DNA of 64,000 bases from a virus, in the IMG/VR virus record IMGVR_UViG_3300045996_000464, positions 7,289-71,288 of that record; one strand, written 5' to 3'. A program made the position numbers and the translations under genes. Shown one piece after another: positions 27,590 through 34,266 of this stretch; the stretch's first letter is position 1; every line of letters starts with the position of its first letter. Below the pieces are notes generated by a model, which had not been told where the DNA came from, made no database searches, and worked only from the letters and a program-made list of their open reading frames with translations.

Positions 27590-27769
27590 ATGGCACAAAA
27601 GAAGAACGTAGCTCAGACATCTGGCTGGCGCGGCAGGCAAGACAAGACTCGCCAGGACAGGATGCCAGCAGGGCAACGAGCGCGAGCAGTAGCACAGCAG
27701 GATCGCGTAAGTTGGATGAAGGAAACCAAGCCTACGTGCAGCAGGCATTGGACGTATCGCGAACATTGA
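27590..27769 (+). CDS. basic hypothetical protein (59 aa, probably leaderless)
   Basis: Hand-translated MAQKKNVAQ...; ATG 6 nt after TTGCAC-N17-TAGGAT. Confidence 0.5.
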   Translation: MAQKKNVAQTSGWRGRQDKTRQDRMPAGQRARAVAQQDRVSWMKETKPTCSRHWTYREH

Positions 27770-27783
27770 AAACTTAGAGAAGC

Positions 27784-27858
27784 CAGGATATAGCTCAGCT
27801 TGGACAGAGTGCGCCCCTCGGACGGGTGAGGCCGTAGGTTCGAATCCTACTATCCTGA
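27784..27858 (+). tRNA. tRNA-Pro(CGG)
   Basis: Cloverleaf, C1-G72, loop CTCGGAC. Confidence 0.92.
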
Positions 27859-27929
27859 TCAGATGTATGCCTAGAGTTGTCGGCTCTGTAGGCACCGGGT
27901 GGCCACCCGATTAAATTGAACCGTCACCA

Positions 27930-28005
27930 CAGTGTGTAGCTCAGTTTGGTTTAGAGTACTCGCCTTGGACGCGAGAGGCCGTTGGTTCGAATCCAACCAC
28001 ACTGA
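27930..28005 (+). tRNA. tRNA-Pro(TGG)
   Basis: Cloverleaf, loop CTTGGAC. Confidence 0.93.
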
Positions 28006-28098
28006 TAGCACTCTCCGAGGGCGCTATATGCGTTAAGAAGCGGAGGTTCTCAAAGTTGGGCGAAAGCTCTGCGGCGAAGAGTAGGAGAGGGCGATTCA

Positions 28099-28173
28099 CA
28101 GGATATAGCTCAGTCTGGTTAGAGTACTTCGTTGGGGACGAAGAAGCCGCAAGTTCGAATCTTGCTATCCTGA
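28099..28173 (+). tRNA. tRNA-Pro(GGG)
   Basis: Cloverleaf, loop TTGGGGA. Confidence 0.93.
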
Positions 28174-28202
28174 CTCGATTCTCCGTACACGGAATAGGTG
28201 AC

Positions 28203-28442
28203 ATGTGGGCGAGAATCTTCTACGGGCCGAGCGATTGGTTCATTCATCATACTAACGCACGACAGCGAGCAGCCATTAACTTTTGGTTGCTCTTCATCTG
28301 GATCATTCCAGGCGTCTTCATCTGGTACGTACTGCGAGATGCGCTGTGGTTCGTAGGCTTCATGAGCATTTACGCAATCTGGGTTAGCCACTTCGGTGGA
28401 TTCAGCGCAGAGACGCCCGTAGAAAACGAGAATGGCGACTAG
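28203..28442 (+). CDS. small membrane protein (2 TM)
   Basis: ATG after AGGTG; two hydrophobic Trp-rich segments. Confidence 0.65.
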   Translation: MWARIFYGPSDWFIHHTNARQRAAINFWLLFIWIIPGVFIWYVLRDALWFVGFMSIYAIWVSHFGGFSAETPVENENGD

Positions 28443-28717
28443 GCTACCAACCTAGGTCAGTACACAAGCCTCCCACTGAGATGTGGGGCATCGGGACGAT
28501 ACGCCCCTCAAAAGGCGGAACGTCTTGATGTTTGGTGGACAGGTCACCGGACGGTCTTGCCTTGGCAGGATCGAGCAGCCCGGTAAAGTCGCACTCAATC
28601 GACGGTTAGAGTGTTGACAGAATTATAGGTGCGCGGCCTAACGGAGTCTAGTGGTGAGGGCTTTTCTCCCCGTCTTCACGCAACACTGCCCTGTTCAGAA
28701 CAGCGGTGTTGCTCCAT

Positions 28718-28788
28718 TCCTGGATCGTCTAACGGTAGGACAGCGGCCTCTGAAGCCGTATATGGTGGTTCGAATCCATCTCCGGGAG
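28718..28788 (+). tRNA. tRNA-Gln(CTG)
   Basis: Cloverleaf, U1-A72. Confidence 0.93.
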
Positions 28789-28810
28789 CTAGCCGCAAGG
28801 CTGAATTGTT

Positions 28811-29068
28811 GGTGCTTCAAGTCAGCGACGAGTCAAGGCCGTGTAGGGCCGCTTAAGCAGAGCCGTCTGAGCGATCACCTATGCGGGTGTTCGCGGTCGG
28901 TACAACTCGTAGACACAACGAAGCCTAACCTCACAAGAGTAGGTGGTGGAGGGTACCTAACCTGGGTGAAATTAGAAAACATGCATGGGTACGAAGACCA
29001 TAGCGGCCTGGGGAAACCACTGAGGGTATGAGGGAAAGTCTGCTCACGGAGTGAGCGGAGCCAGCACC
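28811..29068 (+). ncRNA. candidate structured ncRNA (~260 nt)
   Basis: GGTGCT/AGCACC closure and internal hairpins; lies between two tRNAs. Confidence 0.4.
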
Positions 29069-29082
29069 GTGTAAGGTACAAA

Positions 29083-29160
29083 GCCAGTTCGCCCAAGGTG
29101 GGCACGGCGGCTGTAACCCGCCCGTCTCAGACACGATAGGTTCGATTCCTATAGCTGGCA
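29083..29160 (+). tRNA. tRNA-Tyr(GTA), compact D-arm
   Basis: Acceptor GCCAGTT/AGCTGGC, loop CTGTAAC, long variable arm, 5-nt D-loop. Confidence 0.85.
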
Positions 29161-29256
29161 TAGTTGTGAAAGCCGCACAGAAGGGCAAAGGGTGCTTATG
29201 CCCGGACAGGTCTTGCTAAGGAAAATGACACCCCTCTTTAGCGTCACAACTAACTC

Positions 29257-29297
29257 GCTAGTATAGTAGTCTGGCTGACTACACCCGGCTGTAACCC
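29257..29297 (+). pseudogene. orphan 5' half of a tRNA-Tyr(GTA)
   Basis: GCTAGTA, D-arm and CCCGG-CTGTAAC-CC, then breaks off just before the HNH ORF. Confidence 0.7.
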
Positions 29298-29303
29298 TTT
29301 GTT

Positions 29304-29669
29304 TTGGGTTACATCGCGCAGGTAATTGGCATGAGAGACAGAAATGCTTATGCGCGAGACGTTACGTACCGTAAACCGGGACGCAAAGAGTACATAATAG
29401 CGTCTAACAAAAAGCGGCGAGCAGCAACCGTACAAAGGTTGCGCGATTACAAGTTAGAACATGGTTGCGCTGAGTGCGGCTTTAATGACTGCGCTAGTGC
29501 CCTAGACTTCCATCACCGTAATGGTGACGAGAAGTTGTTTAGCCTCGGTTCAGCAGCAGCCCAGGATTATGGATGGGATAGGCTCGCAGCCGAGATAAAG
29601 AAATGCGATATTCTTTGCGCAAATCATCATCGCATGAAGAATTGCAAATGTCACGCTAGCATGGTGTAA
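29304..29669 (+). CDS. HNH endonuclease (homing-type)
   Basis: CAECG...LDFHH...EIKKCDILCANHHR motifs. Confidence 0.85.
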   Translation: MGYIAQVIGMRDRNAYARDVTYRKPGRKEYIIASNKKRRAATVQRLRDYKLEHGCAECGFNDCASALDFHHRNGDEKLFSLGSAAAQDYGWDRLAAEIKKCDILCANHHRMKNCKCHASMV

Positions 29670-29725
29670 AGGTTGCACACTGGTCTGTAAAACCACGAGA
29701 CTAGGTTCGATTCCTAGTGCTAGCA
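29655..29725 (+). tRNA. tRNA-Tyr(GTA), short variable loop
   Basis: Acceptor GCTAGCA/TGCTAGC, loop CTGTAAA; overlaps the HNH stop codon. Confidence 0.88.
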
Positions 29726-29792
29726 CTCGATGAGATGATGACAAAGCTATCGGTCGTCACGCCTATGACCTAGGTCGAAGAGGATAGCACGA

Positions 29793-29868
29793 TCCAAGGT
29801 TACTCTGTTGGCACGGGTGGCGCGGCTTTGAACCGTTGCAATCGTGGGTTCGATTCCTACCCTTGGAA
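29793..29868 (+). tRNA. tRNA-Gln(TTG)
   Basis: U1-A72, loop CTTTGAA, irregular anticodon stem. Confidence 0.82.
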
Positions 29869-30031
29869 CTGAGCAGGAGAACTACATGGCGATTGAGGGC
29901 CACGAACCCAAGAGCATCGTCTAACGGATGAACCTGCTGCGGGTGTACGGGTCGTGCCGTTACCCTAAGTTGCACGAAGAGGCGTTTGACGGTAGCCACA
30001 ACTTCGCTAACCCAGAGGGAAACCGTCGCTT

Positions 30032-30105
30032 GATGCTGTCGTCTAGAGGCTTAAGGCACCGCCCTGTCACGGCGGATATCGCGGGTTCGAATCCCGTCAG
30101 CATCG
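30032..30105 (+). tRNA. tRNA-Asp(GTC)
   Basis: Cloverleaf, G73. Confidence 0.93.
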
Positions 30106-30209
30106 TATGGGTCACAGTAGGTGATTCAGCCGGAATCGGCAGCTAGTCTTGTACCTCCCGTTGGGGTCGTGCCCAACAATAGGGTGCTGTACATGTGCCC
30201 CGGCAGCAA

Positions 30210-30282
30210 CGCCCCTTAGTTCATTGGTCTAGAACGCCCGCCTGTCCAGCGGAAGAGACGAGTTCGATTCTCGTAGGGGTGG
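30210..30282 (+). tRNA. tRNA-Asp(GTC), second copy
   Basis: Cloverleaf, loop CTGTCCA. Confidence 0.88.
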
Positions 30283-30495
30283 CTGAATTCACTACTAATG
30301 AATCGTGGTCTGTGCCAACTGTCATAGACGCCGAACATACACAAGAACACCTTGCCATCGCGCGGGGTGATAGGAAGGTAACAAGCCTTGTGAATCCCAA
30401 TTCCTGGCAAGGCTGGATTGGGAACCTTCCGAACAAGGGTTACGTCCAGCGCCCCATCCGTAGAGGGTGGTAAGCGGGGGTAGCGTGCCCACCAT

Positions 30496-30569
30496 ATCAG
30501 AGTCGTCTAATGGTCAAGGACACCAGACTTTCAATCTGGGCAATGCGGGTTCGACTCCCGTCTCTGATA
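30496..30569 (+). tRNA. tRNA-Glu(TTC)
   Basis: Cloverleaf, loop CTTTCAA. Confidence 0.93.
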
Positions 30570-30638
30570 CTAACTCGATGGATATCACATCGGGGGCGCA
30601 TGGGGTGCAATTCCCATTAGAAACATGCGCTTGCTTTA

Positions 30639-30712
30639 GCATCAGTAGCTCAGTGGTAGAGCATCCGCGACATGGTAGCGGAAGGTCATGGGTTCGATCC
30701 CCATCTGGCGCT
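30639..30712 (+). tRNA. tRNA-like gene with a 9-nt anticodon loop (GACATGGTA)
   Basis: Normal D and T arms; TCCGC/GCGGA stem; anticodon not assignable. Confidence 0.7.
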
Positions 30713-30830
30713 CTGGTGATACGTAACGGTGGCCTACGCTTCGGCGGACAATAGTGCGCCTAAGTCGTATCACCAACATTCAGGTCGGAGCTTACCCGAT
30801 ACACAGGAAATCCTATTGTTAGGAGCTACT

Positions 30831-30992
30831 ATGTATCACCGATCTGATGCCAGTCTCCGACGCATCGCAAAGAAGCGCGCGAAGAGACATGGTACTACGG
30901 CAAAGGACTTCAAACGGAAGGGCTTGCGGAGGCGCTGGCTCGTTCATCAGCTAGCCGGACATAACGGCTACAAGAACACCGATTTGCCGTAA
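30831..30992 (+). CDS. small basic protein (53 aa)
   Basis: AGGAG RBS before ATG; Arg/Lys-rich. Confidence 0.55.
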   Translation: MYHRSDASLRRIAKKRAKRHGTTAKDFKRKGLRRRWLVHQLAGHNGYKNTDLP

Positions 30993-31033
30993 ACGACAAG
31001 GTGGACTCCTAAACGTGCAGGGGAGTCCGTCAC

Positions 31034-31105
31034 GCCAGCTTAAGCCTAATGGTAGGGCACATCCCTTGTAAGGATGGGGTACGGGTTCGATTCCTGTAGT
31101 TGGCT
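31034..31105 (+). tRNA. tRNA-Thr(TGT)
   Basis: Cloverleaf, loop CTTGTAA. Confidence 0.92.
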
Positions 31106-31107
31106 CT

Positions 31108-31184
31108 GTGGATGAAGCTAAAGTGGCCGAAGCTCTGGGTTGTGATCCCAGCGAAAGCGGGTTCAAGTCCCGTCATCCACCCCA
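31108..31184 (+). tRNA. tRNA-His(GTG)
   Basis: Cloverleaf, C73, encoded CCA; T rather than G at position -1. Confidence 0.92.
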
Positions 31185-31185
31185 C

Positions 31186-31260
31186 GGTGAACGGGTAGCC
31201 TTTGGCGGCTACGGCGGGTTGTGATCCCGTTGGCAGCGAGTTCGATTCTCGTCGTTTACC
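31186..31260 (+). tRNA. tRNA-His(GTG), extended D-stem
   Basis: G-1:C73; GTAGCC/GGCTAC D-stem. Confidence 0.85.
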
Positions 31261-31265
31261 CTTAA

Positions 31266-31379
31266 GCGGACGTAGCTCAGTTGATGAGAGCATCGTGGCG
31301 TTAACCCACTCGCGCTAGAGCGCTCTAGGTGCGGTGGCTGTCACGAAGGTCGGAGGTTTGATTCCTCCCGTTCGCTCCA
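31266..31379 (+). ncRNA. tRNA-Gly-like body with a ~44-nt structured insert replacing the anticodon loop
   Basis: Acceptor GCGGACG/CGTTCGC+TCCA, D and T arms; TCGTG/CACGA stem extended into a long hairpin. Confidence 0.7.
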
Positions 31380-31445
31380 TGTTCCGGTGTGGTTCCACGG
31401 TTCTCACATCGGCCGCTGACAGACCCGTGGTTCCTGTCAGCATTC

Positions 31446-31518
31446 GCCTGACTGGTGCTAATGGATAGCATACGTCGTTGGTATCGACGGGGACAGAGTT
31501 CGATTCTCTGGTTAGGCT
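31446..31518 (+). tRNA. tRNA-Thr(GGT)
   Basis: Cloverleaf, loop TTGGTAT. Confidence 0.92.
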
Positions 31519-31612
31519 TGTGACCCACTACATGGAGGCGCACACATGCGCAACTCACTTGCCCAAACCATGTAGGTAGCAATAGTGCTACCTCATCGTT
31601 TGGGAGGTAAAG

Positions 31613-31798
31613 TTGGCCAGAAAGTCTCAGGCCGAAATTGATCTTGGTTCTCTTGGCAAGGGCAAGAAGAAGGACAAGAAGAACAAGAATCGCAAGTACG
31701 GGCGTAACCTCAAGAAGTGCGCCAACTACCGCTTGCGCGTCGGTAAGCCCCTCGGAAGAGGCGTATCCGGCAACAAGCGCGGCAAGAGCCACGTTTAA
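31613..31798 (+). CDS. small highly basic protein (61 aa)
   Basis: GGGAGGT RBS before TTG; Lys/Arg-rich. Confidence 0.65.
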   Translation: MARKSQAEIDLGSLGKGKKKDKKNKNRKYGRNLKKCANYRLRVGKPLGRGVSGNKRGKSHV

Positions 31799-31802
31799 AT
31801 AT

Positions 31803-31877
31803 GGGAGTAGTCAAGGTTCAAATCCTTGCCCTGGCCCCACAAGGGTCGGGAGGTAGTGTTAGCGGGCGCACGCTCCC
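31803..31877 (+). ncRNA. YrlA-like / permuted tRNA-like RNA
   Basis: GGGAG/CTCCC closing stem encloses T-arm, then acceptor-like hairpin, then D-arm. Confidence 0.7.
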
Positions 31878-31925
31878 CTACATCATCGGGTATGGATTCC
31901 GCCCGAGGCCCAAAAGGGATCACCC

Positions 31926-31998
31926 GCCAATCAAGCTTAAGTGGCTAAGCGCCTGTTTCGTAATCAGGAGGTTCTCGGTTCGAATCCGGGGATTGGCT
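31926..31998 (+). tRNA. tRNA-Thr(CGT)
   Basis: Cloverleaf, loop TTCGTAA. Confidence 0.88.
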
Positions 31999-32039
31999 TA
32001 CACTCCTAAATCAAAACCCACCATTGTGTACGGAGACGC

Positions 32040-32291
32040 ATGAAGAAACTACTACTCGTTCCGGTCATGGCCCTCGCGCTGTTCGTTGGCGCAGCGGCAG
32101 CACCGGCTAAGACCCCGGTGTTCGGCACCGAGGATTCATGTGCGGCAAGCTTCTCAATCGAGAATGCTCAAGCATGTGGCTCTAACCCGACACCCTATAT
32201 CGTTCACTGTAGCTATAACTCATCCACTGGCCACTACTTCGTCGGCTGGTCGGACGGACGCTGGTACTACAACCCGAACGGCTGCTGGTAG
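32040..32291 (+). CDS. small secreted Cys-containing protein
   Basis: GGAG RBS; MKK-hydrophobic-AxA signal peptide; 4 Cys. Confidence 0.7.
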   Translation: MKKLLLVPVMALALFVGAAAAPAKTPVFGTEDSCAASFSIENAQACGSNPTPYIVHCSYNSSTGHYFVGWSDGRWYYNPNGCW

Positions 32292-32477
32292 AAACACGGT
32301 GGGCCACCAGCCGTTCAAATGGTGGCTATAAGGTTGGTTTCAATGAAAAAGAACACTGGAATCGCAGCTTACAGGCTGATCCTGCGGAAACGGCCATGGT
32401 ACCGTAGATGGTACGCCCTGACGCTCTATTTTTACTACCGTACTAAGATCAGGCTCACATCTCACCTGTAATGGGTG

Positions 32478-32552
32478 ATGAGTACGATCCTAATCCTAGT
32501 AGTTCTGGCCGTAATCCTGGTATGGGTTCTCTGGCCAGACATTCGGAGGTAA
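32478..32552 (+). CDS. 24-aa single-TM microprotein
   Basis: Hand-translated MSTILILVVLAVILVWVLWPDIRR. Confidence 0.45.
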   Translation: MSTILILVVLAVILVWVLWPDIRR

Positions 32553-32555
32553 GAA

Positions 32556-32663
32556 ATGTCAAAGGGTGACAAGGTAGAAGTACAGGCAGCGCAGAAGGGT
32601 AGCCCCAAGAAGGGTTCTGGCTGGCGCAACGTAGGCAAGAAGCTACGCCGAAAGAAGAAGTAA
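32556..32663 (+). CDS. 35-aa basic microprotein
   Basis: GGAGGT RBS; MSKGDKV...KKLRRKKK; TAATG overlap with the next gene. Confidence 0.6.
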   Translation: MSKGDKVEVQAAQKGSPKKGSGWRNVGKKLRRKKK

Positions 32664-32914
32664 TGAGCGAGCTAGAAGAGACAGCCAAGCGGCTAGCTAA
32701 GGCTAGCGAAACAATCTATTCCAAGGCGGATGAAATCAAGGCTGTCGCGGATCAGTTGCGTTCGGACGTAGATGTTCTTACGGAACGACTCGACGCGGTT
32801 GAAAGTGATGCAACTCACGTTGCAGAGAATCTAACCGCAACTAGTGAGAAGGTTGAGGGGCAGCAAGTTAAGCAGGATGATCGTCTAGACACTCTAGAGA
32901 ACGGCAACACATAG
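32663..32914 (+). CDS. coiled-coil hypothetical protein
   Basis: 83 aa with heptad-like pattern. Confidence 0.65.
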   Translation: MSELEETAKRLAKASETIYSKADEIKAVADQLRSDVDVLTERLDAVESDATHVAENLTATSEKVEGQQVKQDDRLDTLENGNT

Positions 32915-32985
32915 GCTATTAACTCAGTTGGGAGAGTACCTCGTTGACATCGAGGAAGTCACTGGTTCAAGTCCAGTATAGCCTA
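32913..32985 (+). tRNA. tRNA-Val(GAC)
   Basis: Cloverleaf, loop TTGACAT. Confidence 0.94.
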
Positions 32986-32990
32986 CTCAT

Positions 32991-33062
32991 GGGGAATTAG
33001 TGCTAACGGGAACACATCGGTTTTGCATACCGAAATTAAGGGTTCGACTCCCTTATTCTCCA
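32991..33062 (+). tRNA. tRNA-Ala(TGC), second copy
   Basis: Cloverleaf, G3:U70. Confidence 0.92.
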
Positions 33063-33082
33063 CTTTGTGCTATACTTAGAGT

Positions 33083-33226
33083 ATGACCGAGAAGATGAAA
33101 GTCAAAGGTTCCAGCGAGGTTGTCCAGGTCACCGGCAAGAGCGGCGATTATTACCGCGTCTACGTCAAGGGTGTGTCTGGTTACTATCACGACTGGTACC
33201 ACAAAGATCAGTTGACTCCCGCATAA
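33083..33226 (+). CDS. 47-aa SH3-like microprotein (probably leaderless)
   Basis: Hand-translated MTEKMKVKG...WYHKDQLTPA; ATG 6 nt after TGC-TATACT. Confidence 0.55.
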   Translation: MTEKMKVKGSSEVVQVTGKSGDYYRVYVKGVSGYYHDWYHKDQLTPA

Positions 33227-33295
33227 GTAGCTCAGATTGGCCAGAGCAGGTCGTTGCCAACGATCAGGTCGTGGGTTCGAATCCCATCTTATGCT
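33221..33295 (+). tRNA. tRNA-Gly(GCC)
   Basis: Cloverleaf, U73. Confidence 0.93.
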
Positions 33296-33345
33296 TAGCT
33301 CGTTCGTGGGTGAGGGTACCCAATATGACCATGTTCGGGCTTTCA

Positions 33346-33420
33346 AGTCTCATTAGTGTTAGCGGTTCAGCACTACAGTCTTCCAAACTGTAAGCATCGG
33401 TTCGAATCCGATATGAGACT
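33346..33420 (+). tRNA. tRNA-Gly(TCC)
   Basis: Cloverleaf, loop CTTCCAA. Confidence 0.9.
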
Positions 33421-33561
33421 CTTCCACGGACAGTCCTCGCAGGGTATCCTAGGGCAGTTAAACACACTGCGACCATTCGGCCCGAGACGGAGCTAGGTTG
33501 ACGGTATCAGAATGCAGAACATCTAGGGTCGTGTTTACTGATGAGGCTTAACCGTGGATAT

Positions 33562-33634
33562 GGTTGCGTAGCTCAGAGGATAGAGTGCCTCCCTGCGAAG
33601 GAGGAAGCCGCTGGTTCGATTCCAGCCGTGACCA
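33562..33634 (+). tRNA. tRNA-Arg(GCG)
   Basis: Cloverleaf, loop CTGCGAA. Confidence 0.92.
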
Positions 33635-33766
33635 CTAGACCGTATGTTCCAGATTGCCGCCGTTGACGAACGGGTCTGCCCCTGGACTTGAGAATCCAAC
33701 TCTTGCATCTAACGTGGATGTAAGCAAGGGTTCCAGACGGTCTTTCATGTACAACCCGGAGAAAGC

Positions 33767-33955
33767 ATGTACAAGGACGCAAACAAGTTGACGGTGCGCG
33801 AAGGATACGAATGGGCGCTAGCTGCCGCAACTGCTGCCGAGCATGGCAGTGGCTCTAGCAACACCCACGTTCCTGCTGCCTATCAGGCTGCATATGACGC
33901 TGGGTACAACTATGGCACCGCTGTGTTGAAGCCCATGAAGCGCAACACTCACTAA
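33767..33955 (+). CDS. hypothetical protein
   Basis: GGAG RBS, 62 aa. Confidence 0.55.
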   Translation: MYKDANKLTVREGYEWALAAATAAEHGSGSSNTHVPAAYQAAYDAGYNYGTAVLKPMKRNTH

Positions 33956-33957
33956 TT

Positions 33958-34257
33958 TGTAGCACAGACTGCGGCTGTCAGATTCAATCAACTGGCAGAG
34001 GAAAGTCCGGGCACCTGCTTGGCGGGAATTCAACCGCGCAAGCAAACGTTCACACGAGCCTAGGAGATGACCTTAACTTTTCGAAGTTAAGATGAATCGC
34101 TTAACTAGTAAGGTGGCGGGGTGCGACCCCAAGACGTGCGGCTGAGATGCTGACACAGGTAGGGGGCAGGTAGACGTGAGTCTCCCGCGATAAATAGCGA
34201 GTTAGATCGTAGTCCTTCCCCGCAAGGGGTTGACAGAACCCGGCTTATCGTGCTACA
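33958..34257 (+). ncRNA. rnpB: RNase P RNA (compact, divergent)
   Basis: P4 signatures GAGGAAAGTCCGGGC and ACAGAACCCGGCTTAT; P1 TGTAGCAC/GTGCTACA; P2 GACTGCGG/TCGTAGTC; P3 and P19 hairpins. Confidence 0.9.
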
Positions 34258-34266
34258 CTGTATTGC

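Noticed and set aside
29030-29045. GAGGGAAAGTCTG resembling the RNase P P4 5' strand (second RNase P?)
   Set aside because: No matching 3' signature strand or P1/P2 pairing found.
29886-29988. Short ORF MAIEGHEPKSIV with a strong RBS and a possible frameshifted continuation
   Set aside because: Too short to support, no slippery site evident, and it may be a decayed gene.
30105-30210. Possible tRNA-associated theta (HDV-like) ribozyme (ACCTCCCGT)
   Set aside because: I could not form P1 from the tRNA 3' junction or the nested pseudoknot; a motif search would be needed to exclude it fully.
33538-33560. CTGATGAG suggesting a hammerhead ribozyme
   Set aside because: No correctly placed GAAA strand in any permutation; the bases fit a long hairpin (TAAACAC/GTGTTTA, CCACGG/CCGTGG) instead.
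20475-33830. Many ORF-track entries across the tRNA cluster, especially minus-strand ones with GFEP/GIEP peptides
   Set aside because: They are translations of tRNA T-arms and structured RNA, without RBS or coherent protein features.
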